A stretch of DNA of 64,000 bases from Toensbergia leucococca (taxonomy: Eukaryota), in contig JALDZS010000017.1 in NCBI GenBank assembly GCA_022813965.1, positions 1 through 64,000 of the forward strand, given 5' to 3'. A program made the translations under genes and the position numbers. Each line of letters begins with the position of its first letter. The first letter of the stretch is position 1. Under the pieces are notes generated by a model, which did no database searches, was not told where the DNA came from, and was given only the letters and a program-made list of their open reading frames with translations. Below, piece after piece: positions 12,601-26,230 of the stretch.

Positions 12601-15250
12601 TTCGAAGTTATTTTCTGTAGAGATTTCGGGTTTCGCTCGAGTCCAGAGACGTTTTTGCTGCTCTTGTGGGATAATGCCCGTGCGTCACTCCTTGAAAGAG
12701 ACTGGCTTCAGTTTTTCACAGATGCTTTGGTGGACATATGGGAAGGCTAGTTCACAGCAGCCGTCTGCTTCACCCCTATATCGAATCATCTTAGTGAATC
12801 CACAGAGACACCATCAGGCAACTCGCTGACGTGCAACGCATGATCGTCCCAAGTTGTAGCCTTCTGAACATCTTATGTTCCGTATACGACGTAGTCGGCT
12901 TTCGCACCGCCAGGCACTTTTCTTTGGTTCGTTCAGGAACAGGCCATTTTGACGTCCCCCAGAATCGATGATGTGAATTGTATCGACCCTTCGCTGATTT
13001 TTAGGATCAAAAAATCGAAGAGAAGGGTACCAGGCAGATGAAATAGATTCTTCCATTCCTCGACGAGGCTAAATTGGGAGGGAGAGTCGATATCATTTTC
13101 AGAGACCAGCAGTAATCCGTTCGAATTGTACATTTGAGCGAATCAATCTGTGCTGCGTAATTTTGTTCTCTCTTCGCTTCGAGCTCATTTTCCATATCAC
13201 TGCAATCACCTCACTCGGCGTCAGTAGCCTAGGGTTTCGTAGGCAAGTATTAAGGAACTCTACCCTGTTCCTCAATGGAACGTCCGACGTCCTGACGTTG
13301 TAGCTCGAGAATTGCCGCATGTCTATCACGGCTTTATTTACGTCTATCTCTCACTGTCTTAGGCGTCGATCGTCCTCTACTGCTTCCCAACCGGGCTTTT
13401 CTTTCAATACTTCTTTCCTGGCCAGCTTCCCGAAAACGGCATGTGCAGGATGGGAATCCTCATCAGCAAGGCGCTTACGGACAGTAGAGGTCGTGCTTCG
13501 TTTTGACCGAACCGATGCCGTCTTGCCGTCTTCCCGCCTTTACTCGAAGGTAATACATCATGTTCACAGAGTCTTCTTTCTGAATTTCCAAAGTCGAAGC
13601 TACCCGAAGTAGTCCTTAATCAATCCGCAAACCCTAGCCGCCGCGGAAATTTCATGCTTCTCATTCTTCTTGCTAGCCTTAAAGAAAGACCCAGCTTCCG
13701 AGCCGAGGAACAACAAAAAGCACGACAAGATAGTCTCGGATCAAATCAAGAATGACAAGACCCACGAGCATGTGGAATTTCAAAGAACTCATTTGGCATT
13801 CTTACACGTAATGTCCTAGAGTCCGTACGTAATCTGTATGGTTCTTCCCAATGGCAGACAAAGTTTCCCAGAATACTCTGGACGAGGAGCATATTCTGTT
13901 GCTCCCACTAGATCTTGAGGTCCGTCTGGCTCGCAAGTTCCTTGTCCCTCAAGTGGCCATTCCCAGGTTCAACAATGGGGTCGTTGTTCAAAGGAGCACC
14001 ACCCAAAGACTCGTCGCTGGAAACTTTGCCATGAAAAGGAGAGTCGACTGCAACAAATGGAAACATGAAGCCTTGCTAGTTCTGCATTGTTACTTGATCC
14101 TTCTCGCTCTCACGATCCTGACGTGTAAGTTCGAATCATGATGTTCCGTTGTCACATTCTTGTCAGTCTCTAGATCAACGAAACTCGAATCTTTTCGGCA
14201 GTGAATGATTGGAACAATGTTCCCTCTCCAGCAGCCATCCATTTTGCGCCGAAGCAAGACTAATAGGGATCTTTTTGGGCTATAGTAAGTTGTATGACTT
14301 ATCATCATAGACGGTGGGATACCTGCGTGTAGCTTTGGCACAGGGTCAAATTTATCCAACCTTCCAGAAGAAAAGCTAAATGGCTTTGACACCTGTGCAG
14401 AAATCTTCAAGAGAAGAAAACTCCATGGCTGAGGTGGCTCACTGTCCCAAATGGCGCTTTGATGCGCGAAGCTAGAATGATGACTTGCGTTTATAAGTCA
14501 TTGTGCAATGCTTGAATGATGACTTGCAGGTATTGATCGATATTTGAGAGAAGAAGTAGAGTCCTTGAAGGCAATGCCTTTCTGTGTTCCTATCTCATTG
14601 GTTTTGATTTGTTCCAATTCCTCAAAAGGTGCTATCGTGCTCTATAAGCCGAATTTGGCCGGCTTCTCCCAAGCTTTTCTACACGTCGATCGTGATCAAT
14701 CATGTTTTTTTGGTAATAGGGGTAGATGACGGCGTCGGGGATAGAGGGAGAATGATGTCAGGAGTACTAGCGGCCTCGTCTCTCTCACGAACCAATTCGT
14801 CTCGCTCCTACTCAGCTGCCCCGAGCAGCGAGAGAAGGAATGCGTTCTGTCCGCCTAGGGTCTCGTTCTCTGTGGCAAGTGCCTTGCTCTCGTTGGCAAG
14901 GTCCTCCTTCTCATTGGCGAGGTGTTATCTAGGCTGGAGCTCGTATGAAAGTCACGGGAACGTTATTGGTAACTTTCGAGATAAGGGCGTTACGATCCGC
15001 CCTTCCGGCGTCTCTCTCTCTCGTCAATTTGTCTCGATCATCCTTCGCTGCGGCGAGGAACTCGTAGGGCTTATCTTTTTAGTGCAGGCAAGGCGAATTT
15101 AAACGCTCGAGATTCGCGATTCTGGCGAAGAGTGCTTCGACCTGCTCTTTGGAAGGCTGATTGTCCTGTATGGATTCCAAGCGTAGGATCGACTCAGTAT
15201 GCCCATAGCCCTGACTCGAATAGGGTCTTCCCTTGGATCAATTTTCACTC
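9670..15250 (-). pseudogene. Chain of degraded minus-strand coding relics of unknown family
   Basis: Protein-like frames broken by scattered stops and frameshifts, e.g. the coiled-coil HLANEKEDLANESKALATENETL...ERDELVRERDEA and KRLADEDSHPAHAVFGKLARKEVLKEK...MRQFSSYNVRTSDVPLRNRVEFLN. Boundaries approximate. Confidence 0.35.
11883..12057. repeat. 68-bp direct duplication (11883-11950 / 11990-12057)
   Basis: Copies differ at 6 positions, all transitions. Confidence 0.9.
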
Positions 15251-18200
15251 ATGACGGGATTCAATCGATTGTGCTTTGCCACAATCAGGACCTTCCTTCA
15301 GAGTCACATTCACTCAAGGAAGGATCCGATTGACGCTGCTTTGATATGATTAAGACATTCTATGCGTTCAGCAGTAGAATCTGCAATTCATCCAGGCTCG
15401 TATATCATTACAAAAATGAAAAATGAGGCCGTCCTCGTTCAGGGTCAAGAACACGTTGTCTATTCTTTGAAATATCGCACCATGTTTCTTCAACCTGTCA
15501 GTCTTCTATACGAAATCCCAGAAGTCTAAACATAGGAGAAATGGAGCGATAGGGCCAAGTAATATTGGCTGAGGGAAAATTTCAGGGGCTCAGGGGCTGT
15601 CTGTACTAAGTTCCGTGTATTGTGGTAGCGTAACGCCAAAAACTCCGGATAGACTGACGGCCCGAGGCTCCTTATCGCCGATAGGTAACGATGGTAAATG
15701 TAGCGAGACTTGGTGCTCAAACTCCTCAACACAAACCTCTTGGTACGCGTTCAACAAAGTACGTGATCGCGACTGTGAGTATGAGCCATCGTGCTTTCCT
15801 TTGTTGTCTGATTGTCTCCAAGTGGTTGCACTGCTTAGAGTACCTCTTAACCACGTTCTTCTCTAAGCGCTTCTCCATCAAGTTTTTGATCTACTGCGAT
15901 CGTGGTATTTCTCAACCGGCTTTATCCCAGCTAGGTTTGGATCTTCTTCTCTGGATCAATTGTAATGCTAAACCTCGTGGTGTGCTCTATCTTTGGAATT
16001 CTTGTCATGGTCGTGTTGTTTGGGGCTATATGACATCCATACGACAGATACCAGGTTCGAGAGTATGTAACCTTGCCTTGGGCCGATTGCAGTCGAAGAC
16101 TGTCGATATATGAGTAAGGAAATTCTGTGTGAAAATCCAGTGCGCATAGCTCAAAAACGTGTTTGTATCCACTGTTGGAACAACCAGCGACCGACTTTAC
16201 ATTGCTATGAGAGTCGAAGACTGCGGTAACTGTTCAGGTATTCCTGAAGCCTCTAGCCTACTTTATATTATCTCTGTATACACCATGTTCTTTGTATCTC
16301 TCTTCTCGGCTAGAGAGAAGCCTTTTCTGTATATGAGGGAGACCAGATTCCAGACTGAGTGCATGTTAGACTTTTTTATATAAATGTGGCGGACGTCGCA
16401 GTCTTGAAGGACTCTAAGCAAGCCATTAGCAACAATGTAGCAGGGGAACGGCTATTCAGGACCGACCAAGGACGATTGTTTCTCAGCCAGCTCGACCTAG
16501 AGCTCTGGATGTACATCTTATATACGAAAGATATCTGGAAGCTATCCTCGGCCTCGGGTATCTCGGATATGCTTTGCGTTGATTGCCCTCATTGTCAGAT
16601 CGATGCAGGCGCCTTGGGACAGGACCAAAGTAGAGAAGGAGTTGCAAGGTGTCACATTGGCAGTGACAAATCGGGCTTCGTTTTTGTCGCACGATGTTGC
16701 TATCCTCTCACAGCTTCATAGGCCCTCTAGCACGCAAGATGGAGTGCGTACCCACCTACCTGGTTCTTGAAGATGTAGTGGTGGTTGAAGTACACCAAGA
16801 CCCAAGTGAAGCCGTGGACCAACGATCAAAGGTGCTTAGTGTGGGAAGTATTCTCGGACTTAAAATCCCAAGCTCGAATTTGGCCAAAGGTTGTGATTAC
16901 CTAGTCGTGTCTCCAAGAAAACTGATGGTACTTTAAGACGAGGAGTTTGGAAGAGATGATGAGCGAATGCTGGAAAAGTACGCAACGACTCGGTGCAAGT
17001 CTCCCCTTCAAGCCTCAACTCTCGGGACGACTTTTGACATCACGATACCTCCACAAGCTATAGAGCTCTGTGGGAGCAAGCTTACTCTGTGGCATACTGC
17101 TCGAAGTATATGGTGGACCATTATCAAGAGATCTCCACATCTGCTAGGATGCTGTTAGTGAAATCAATAAGGCTATCCTAGGAGTGTTGCTTACCATGGT
17201 TATTCAGCTATCTGATGACTTACTTGTCTTGGTGCCACTTCGAAAGATAAGAGATGCAGGTTTCAAGATACAGGACGTGAAGTCAGGCAAACAATATGTC
17301 CTCGAGGACCGTGTCAGAAAGACCTAAGATGAGATGGTGAGCCACTGCTCTACGTGATCTATTCGTTAGCTTCCACTTTACAGAAAGACTTACGGATGGT
17401 TCTTCTGTTGCTGGTTGCCTGGTTCTCTGCCGTGGCAGTACACAGCTGCTCTATCTGATCACGATAAGCTGCTGCGGTGAGACTGTGCCTCTCATGTCAG
17501 TGGTAACGAGTATTGTGGTTGGACTTGGATCATCACTTACACGTCTCACGGCCAAGAAGGTCTGTGCGAGCTAGACCCTCGCTTTGTGGGAAGCAAAGAC
17601 TGAGAGACGGTGTCTACCACTAGAGTCAAGGTTGTCAGAAACGGTAAGCATGAAGATGAAGCCTTTAGAGCTGATTGTCAGCAGTAGATGATTGTACTGA
17701 AAGCTTTACCCTCAGTAGAGAGGTACAGCGTTTTGGTGGCCGGACGGCCGTCTATGTGCATGAAAGATTTACCGGGTGTACAAAGTGTGAAGATTGAAGT
17801 TAAGAAAGAAGGTATGTGATGAAGGCTCAGGTGTGTCTGTAGGAGTGCAAGAAAGAAGCTTGGAGACGAAGTTGCCTTCGAGTCGGATGGGTGGGAATTT
17901 TGAAAGAAATCCAAGTTGTGGGAGGAGTTTTAAAGATGGCTGGTATTTCCCGTATGCTCCCCGTTTACGACTACAAGGTATGTCAAGACGACATCATCTC
18001 AAAAATAAGGAGCACTAATCACTCGGCTGAACGTCTCAGCTACTCTCTGTTTACTGTCTCTTAAGGGTCTTTCTTACTTACGGTGATGATTGGAATCAAC
18101 AGAGTCTTCAGCACGATTGAGGATGGCTTACCTCTGAACAATGATGAGCATTCCAGGGACTTGAATCAATACTAGATAACATCATCTAATGGGTATCTTT

Positions 18201-19685
18201 CTCTGAGTAAGTAAGAGAATTATCTGATGAGAGACTGTGCTTTGACAAAGTACGTTGAAACTCGGAAACAAACCCAACCCTATACTATGCAAAGAAGAGA
18301 ACGTGCCAAGGCAAAGTCAAGCTGTCTTGGGCTCATAGCTGTCAGCCCAGCTTATCGTAATATATCACACAATGGTATGATCCATGATGAAAGAAGGTCG
18401 TCAAATCAGTGGGGAATACAAGTTTTTTATGGCCCAGAATGAACATTTTTGTTGAATTCGTTACGTTCATCCGATGAGCTATGCAACGAAGTCCGAGGAT
18501 GAAGCCATGAGATACAGCTGCACAAGAAGAATCTCTCTCCGTGCCTTTACGTGAATCGGTGTCTGCAGATTAATCACGTCTGTCCTCGAAAGGATATTTG
18601 ATTGACTGTTTTGATTAACAGCTCAGGACGAGCTTTTAAACAAAACTTGTGGGATACTGAATTTCCACCCATTGCCCGAAAGACACGTGAATGTGATAAT
18701 GAGATCCCCCCTGAATGAGACTTGATTTCTTTCAGGGACACATTTGAGTTCTGGAAGAAAATACTTTGTCTTGAACGAAACAGACGTGTTCTTTTCTTGA
18801 AAAATCAAGTTCTGCTCTAAAGTACCATGGAATACCTCGGTCACAAAACACCATTAAATTTGTGAGTAAGTCAATAATCCGCCACCAACCCTGTCCTCAT
18901 CTCTCTGATTCATACTCTAGATGCGGAAAAACTCATTTTCTTCCATACGTCCTCCTTTGGGTCACTAAACAAGACTCCCGTCCTTCAAATCCACACAATT
19001 CATACCATCTACCCTATATCCTCTATACACAATTTCTCATGCAGAATAACTCCTCAGGCCTACCACTCCTCCCGGCTCTTTGAAATCCCCTCTTTTTTGG
19101 AGGAGCCATCTCCCCCTCCATAATGCAGTTCCTTTCTGGTTAATAAGAACACACTGCCCTTGAATACATCAAAATCTGAATCATTTACCCTGCCTCCTCT
19201 GTACACAATCTCCCAACTCTTCATCCCTACCACTCCCCTCAGCTCTTTAACTCTTGCCTCCTAAATCCAAATCTCATCCCTTCAAACCAGCTTCACTCAG
19301 ATCGTCCATGAATCCTCCTCCTTCAACTCCGCAAAACCTCAAACCACTCACCTCATATCATGTGAATACGTTCCCTCCTACCCATCTGCTCTTCCAGTCC
19401 GTCTCTACACGCCATGCCCAGTGTAGCTTTGTCATGAAAACCCTGCTTCACCAGCAGGTACCACTCACACCGCCCGATACGTCCTTTGATTCCGCCATGA
19501 CAGCGCTCATTCCTCCGTGCATAAGCTTTTATCTCATAAATTATCAGGTCGACATTGAGCGACATGAGACATCTTGTCTGCCGCTTCCCGTACACTGTTC
19601 AGGCACGGCGTCGCCATGGGTGGCATGTAAGCAGACTTCCCTGGTACTGCTATCTCTTGTTCTTGCACAATTTTGGCTGCGATCG

Positions 19686-19912
19686 CTTGTCAGTCCAGCT
19701 TTAGTGCTGGCTCCAAACTGACCCTAAGTGTGCTTCTTTTCTTAGATCTCCCAAACTGCACGGGAGCCAATCTCCATCTTCTACTTTTTCCTTTTTCAGC
19801 TCAATTGATGTTACTACGCCTTGTCAGTCCAGCTTCGGTGCTTGACTCCAAACTGACCCTGAGTGTGCTTCTTTTCTTAGATCTCCCAAACTGCATGTGA
19901 GCCAGTCTCCAT
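19686..19912. repeat. ~92-bp direct duplication, period ~134 bp
   Basis: CTTGTCAGTCCAGCT...GTGTGCTTCTTTTCTTAGATCTCCCAAACTGCA...TCTCCAT occurs at 19686 and 19820. Confidence 0.9.
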
Positions 19913-21416
19913 ACTCAATCTGCATACGTACCTCCCTCATTCCCTGCACCACTTCAATCAACGCATTTGTAATCCTCCAACACCATAGCAGTCTTCCCAT
20001 CGCGACATTAGCATCGAATCACATGTCCCCACAACACCTGCCTCCGCCTCCTTCTCAAACTTACCAGAACCCAAAGCCTCGCACTTATCCTTGATCATCT
20101 AAACGAATTGCTACAGGCGGAGAAATATATCACAAATCTCACCAGAGTTTTCAAGCAGCGTCGATTCGCCGCCCGAGTCCCTCGGCAACCAAAAGCCATC
20201 CTAGTAGCAGAGGCCATGGTGCGAGTCCAATTAGAAAAGGTAACCTAGTATCAAAACCTCGAATCTCATAGTAGAAAGTAGAATACTCCATACTCAAATT
20301 AGATCCCCCGAATACCAGACATCCTTCATCCTTCATGCTTGAGAACACCCTATATATAATCTACCCTCTAAAATCACAAAGCATCCCCTCTAAAAACAGA
20401 GACAATCTCACAACCAACCCTCATCCAAAACCTTCAATCTCAGCCAAACAACATCTAGAGCGCACAAACGACGATCCGAAAAAGACGATCGGATGATGAA
20501 AAGTCGACGCAAGACTCCTGACCCCACATCGATCGAGAACTCCAACGCGGAGAAAGCAAAAGCAGACAGCGAGATCCCGGAGGATGAGACAGAGGAGTCT
20601 CCAATACAGGCCATTAACAGCGCCAAAGACGCCAAAATAAAAACCAGTGAGAGATGAGACGAGGAAAAGACATGGATGAAGTGAAATATGTTGATTGGTA
20701 TCTTGGGATTCCCCACCACAGGTAAATAGATGCATAAGTGGTAAAGGGATGACAAATCTCGCAAAGAAAGTGAAAAGATCTGCAAGAGGGTAAACCCAAA
20801 AAAAACCCCCCAAAAAAGCCGAGGAAGAAGAAGCTAAAAAAACGCCCCAGCTTTAAGCAGGTAGGGAAAGAAAACTCAGAAAGGGGAGATTCCCACAATC
20901 CAAAAAAGGGCCAACAAACATTGACGGGGGGGCTTAATTAAGAGGGGGCCATACACAGTAAAGGAGGGGGGAAAAATCCAAAAAGTTCTCTCAAGAATTT
21001 CAACTTTCTTCTCCGAAGCATGAGAAACTCGAATCCCTCAGTCGGTCGGGTCACACGCATCAAGAAAAATAGTAATGGACACAAACAACAACCAAGCCCG
21101 GATATATTCACACAAAGAACAAAAACACAAAGCTTCAACAACTACCTTCGCTAAGACGGGAACAATTTCACAGACTTTCCCCCCCCCAGCCCCTCCACCC
21201 AACGCATTCCTCCAAATCCGCGTGATAACATCTGGGAGATCATCACGAAAACAAAAAAAAATTGGGACGAAGTTTAGCCGCCGGAAATGCTCAGATTCAA
21301 ACTCCGTCCATGCTTTCCGCTCGCCAGAAACGCCACAACAAACACGACGAGAGATGAATTCGAAAAAAAGAGGAGTCCGCATCCCTTGCTCGTACTCGAG
21401 ACCAAGCAATTTAACC

Positions 21417-24400
21417 CTATTCGAACTCGATACCCTGCGAAAACGACTCTTCCATAAACTTCATCAACATAGGTGGAACCGACTCGTCCGTCGCTCGGAT
21501 TGTAATACGATAAAGCTGCATTCTCCAAGTTAGCAAAATCCGTCCATTCTCCTTTCTACCTCCATAACAGCGCCATAGATCAAGGGGGGCAAAAATGACA
21601 AACCATGGTTTCATAGTTCGGCTCCAACCTTAACAAACACCCAATCTTTCCCCCATCGCCCGTATGCAAAACACTAGCCCCCACGATATTCTTCTCATTG
21701 GGATCCACCCCCTTCAGAACTCCCCATCTAAAGTTCTCCGCCGTCCGATACGTAAATGAATGATCAATGATCCTCCCTTTCGACACGAGCCCAAATACCC
21801 GTTGTGCTTCACGAGGCGCACCTCCGATCTGTCGCCAGCGCTTGAAAAAGTCATCCGAAGAAAGGTCAGCTGGATCCGTAAATTTATGGATGAGCACTGG
21901 CAGTTGTAACGTCAATGCTTGCAAAGCGCCTGCGAGATAGGAAACTCGAATCGTGGGTGCATCTGAGAAAGCGGACTTGGCTTCGAACATGATGGTCTGT
22001 TGCGCCTGGGCTTCGGGCTCTATGGTGGAATCGGGTAGGCTTTTGCTGTCGATTTTCAGCTGTTCTGCAGAGCGATTGTCGAGCGTTGTGGTGAAAGAAC
22101 GAATGGCCGTTGGGGATCGATTCGTAAAATACATAATGACGCAGCCTCGTGGGCCACGATATTCGGAGCGAAGACCAATTTGAATCTGCTTATCCTCGTA
22201 AAGAATTCCTTCATCTTGGAAAAGAAGACGCCTGTAACCAGTTTCCCAGTCTGGGCTTAGGTGAGCAGCACTGGCCAGATTGGGAGCCTTGAAAGTCTGT
22301 TCTACATCGCCATTCATGTCAAGGCCTGCAAGGTCATGTGAACCGTTGGCTAGACTACCATTTGTACCATTAGTAACAGCTTTGGGACCGCCGTTAGTTG
22401 CCGATAAGGAACCGTTGAGACCATTCGCCGTAGGAGTGAAGCTGCGTTTGAGACCAGGATGCTGAGTAAGCTGCATTTCTTTGGCGTCTGCATTCGCATC
22501 TTTTCCGCCAACGACCCAAGTGAGCTTGTCACTGGTCCCCGCATGCTTCGAATGAAGTCTTGATAGTAAAGCAGACGTTCGCTCTGGGAAAGGTGGCATC
22601 TCGTCACATACGGTGCGTAAAAGATCATCCGTTGGCAGGGTGGCAAGGGTCAGGTACTCGCAAGCACGTTGCTGGAGCTCAGAATCGAGCGTGTGGCTGT
22701 AAGCACGGAAAACTTGTAGCAATTGTGGTTTGATTTCCGGGAAGAGGTTGACAAATTTGATGAACGAAGAGAGAAGGATGGCCCGGGTGCTCGAAGAACA
22801 TCCTTGGAGCTTGGTCTGGAGAGCTATAAGTTGCTCGATTGGACTACACCCTTTATTATCTGCGATCAAATGCCCAAATTCCCCGAGCAGATAGCCTCCA
22901 ATCTTGATCAAAGTTTCGTGGCACTGCTCGGCCTTGACGTATTCTAATATATTTTGCGCCGCATAGACTTGTAGCTCCTCATTGTTGGTCACAATCTGGA
23001 TTACTCGTTGCCAGACTTCGTCACTAACATGATCGCCAGCCATTGCGATCAGTCTCAATGATATGTCAACATACCATTGAATGTCCGTGGCATATTTCTC
23101 CGTCAGAATTGCAATCTTGAGAACCATCTCTTCGCGTATGGCGAAGTCGGCACTCTGCAAGTATTTGAGGAGCTCATTGACAATTGGCTGCGAATTTGAC
23201 GGATCACACATGCTGTAAAGCAAATCGAGGCCCTTTCGTCGAACGCTGATGTCTCTGTCACGCAACGAACCAATGATGATGTTTTGATGCCTTTTGATGG
23301 GATCAAGCGTTTCGGCTCGAGCGGCGAAATGGGTCATTGCTTCCAGGCCTAGGTATCGAACGTTGGTCTCTCGCGACTGAATGAATTTCCCCAGTCTTGA
23401 CGAGATCTGCATCATTAGATTGTGCTCAGTATCTAGGTGGATCACAAGGTTGATCGCTTCAAAAAGCACAGCGTTCTGTGCATTGTTTTGTTGAACGTTC
23501 TTCGGCATCAACATAGCGTCATGAAGTATTTGTTGTAGAGACTCTCGAATCAAGTTCCGAACATATGTATCTTCTATTGCGCTATGAGAACGCGGTGATT
23601 CATTTCCGCACCAAAAAACGTACCTGAGGGGGGAAAGTATTGCATTAACCTTAGCAGCTTTATTTGTATCCATGGACAGGGGACTTTGTAGTAAAGGTAG
23701 TCGGGCGCAATGTCATTATCCACTACTATCTTTTTCAGCCGCTGCGCTGCCTTTACATAGCCTCCTTTGTACTGATCGGGCTGGTCCTGAGCCAAAGCCA
23801 TCACCAAGGAAGTGACGGAAAGCGTCACTCCCATGTCAGGGTCATCCATTAACGATATAATTCTCTCCGCCCATTCTTGCTGCACTATGTCGGGGTATTT
23901 CCGGTAGAGCCGCAGCAAGGTAAGAGCAGCCTTTTTCTTGACGAAGGATTTCGACGTACTGCATCGGTTCAGTGTGGGCTCCTGCAGCGAAAAGGCCTAA
24001 CTTACGGCGATATTAGCAGTCTCTGCACGTCTCCACTCAACGCCTCGCCCATCTCTCTTCCTCCCACATTCGCAATCGCGTGGAGGGCCAGACAATTGAA
24101 TATCTCGTTGTGATCGGTCAGATCTTTCCGGATGCTATTAACCACCAGGTGCAGAAGCTCGTGTTGCTCGTGGAGGAATAGCGTCACAGCCAGATAGCCA
24201 ATTTGTTTCTCCGAGTATTTATTCGCCGATACCAAATTCACCGCTTCGAGATGACCGAAGTCCACATTCCAGCCCAGTATATATATGTACAGCAGCTTGC
24301 AAACGTATTTCTTTTTGTGATAGCCATTAAGATTCCCATCCTTGAACTTTTGTCGTATATTTGCCAACTCCTTGTTAATCCGCTTTTCTTCAAGCTCCCG

Positions 24401-24505
24401 GGCTCTTGCGTTTCGCAGATCTGCTATGAATTGGACGAGGCCTCGCATTGAAGAGTTATTCCCCGAGCTTCCTCGCCCCAAGAAGCCTGCTGCTGCGCTC
24501 GCCAT
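21417..24505 (-). CDS. APL3: AP-2 adaptor complex subunit alpha (alpha-adaptin), 4 exons
   Basis: Exons 24505-24006, 23958-23624, 23573-21604, 21515-21417. [50 protein letters not shown], and appendage end [24 protein letters not shown]. Confidence 0.97.
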
Positions 24506-24989
24506 GTTGAAGGTCGGACTCGTCTCCTGTCTTGAATTATGGGACTGAGTATGAAGGCCTGAAAGTAGAAGAGACGAGGCCTAGAAGAGCATGATCACGG
24601 CAAACATCGAGCAGGGCCAGGAGAAGTTAGATGATCTCGATAGACTTGTCCTTGGCAGCCCTCACGTTGGAAATTTGTTGCAAGGGTCAGTGAAAATGTT
24701 CCGAGGTCGGTAAACAGACAACAATGCTTCCAAAGTTGCTGTATCAACGATGCGAGCTCGGGTGGGAGAGATGAAAGTAGAGAACGTAGTCGACAATCTG
24801 GTAGCAGCATGACAATTAATGCAGCGGTCAATCTTAGCTTTAGCTACCGTAGGAGGTACGGGTACGGGATTCCCAATGGGGGTGGTCCGAGGATCTAGGG
24901 AGGCTAGGTGGCTAGGTAGGGTCTAGCATCTATTCTATTCTATTCTCGGAAAGCGCGGGGGTTCCGTTCCTAGCCCAACGACGAATCCA

Positions 24990-26230
24990 TCAACATCACA
25001 TTTCAATGTAGGTATACTGTGATAATGTTCAATTCTCAACATTATTGTTGAGATAGAACAGAGTTAATAATGATTGATTCTATAGCTAAGAAGAAGAACT
25101 GCTATAAATAGAGCGCTCACTGTTGTCATGAAGATATGTTAATAACAGTTAATTCTATAGCTACAGAGAAGAATTATTACTTATGTGCACTCACTAAGCA
25201 TATAGGACTGAAGAAGTGTATCTGTTAATACTTTCTCTCATTTCACAAGTCTATGCCTTCTGTATAGTCTCTGTGCATAGTCTTTTCTTCTTAACTCTCT
25301 CTGAATTTATGTCTTTGTACTTACTGTGTAGAACTTTCATTGTCTATTACATGTAAAACTTTTGTTATCTCTTGATAATGTAAACCTATCACTGTGATCT
25401 CTGTAAAATAGCTGAGAGTAAGGTCTTTTGTCAGCATGATTGTTATTAATAATTTAAATTTATTAAATTAATCTTTGTAGCTGAGAATAAGAACTTTTGC
25501 TGATTTAAATATTGCCTTTAATAGTATTTAGAAATAAGAACTTTTACTGACCTGAATGTTGCCTTTAATAGTAGTCAGAGATAAGATCTTTTGTTAACAT
25601 GTTTTGTGTTATCTATGATTTAAATCTATTAAATTAACCTTTATAGTCAGAGATAAGAACTTTTTGTCAGCATGATTGTTATCTTATTATAGCTCTGACT
25701 CATTGTGATTGTAAGAGTCTCTTATGAGATTCTGAATTCTGAGTGTAATTAGAAGATGTCATGCTATCTAGTCACAATGTCACTAGATATACTGTGATGA
25801 TGTCAAGTCACTTAGGGTTGCTGACTCATCTATTCTTACCTAACTAGCTTAACTCTAAGAAAGCACTGTAACAGTGATACTGTGATGCTGTGATGCTATA
25901 ATGTTGCAGTGCTAAGATTTATTACTTTGTTAAATCTATTACTTTACTGAATCTATCACTTTACTAAATCTATCACTTTGCTGAATCTATTGCTGTGTAG
26001 CTGAGAATAAGAACTTTTGCTGACATGAATATTGCAATGTTTTTATGTATGTGACTTTTATTGCCTATACATTGTAGGCTTTTAGATGAGTCTGCAGATA
26101 GCAAGGCTTATTAAATAATAAGGTCAGTGTCAATGATCTCAAGCTCTTTAAGTACACATCACAATATCTAGCGTTGTGGTTGATGATATTGAAGAAATCT
26201 ATCTGCAAAATCTGAAAATAAAGATTCAAG
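24990..26230. mobile_element. AT-rich, heavily transition-mutated repeat relic (probable dead TE; class not identifiable)
   Basis: Abrupt AT-rich island almost free of CG. Degenerate internal repeats (GCTGAGAATAAGAACTTTTGCTGA and variants at ~25411, 25480, 25530, 25575, 25646, 26000) and a 17-18-bp tandem array at ~25926-25994. Ends approximate. Confidence 0.65.

Noticed and set aside
6900..21350. Starship, endogenous virus or alternative genetic code
   Set aside because: No captain or viral hallmark motifs. Stops include TAA, TAG and TGA plus frameshifts, and flanking genes use the standard code.
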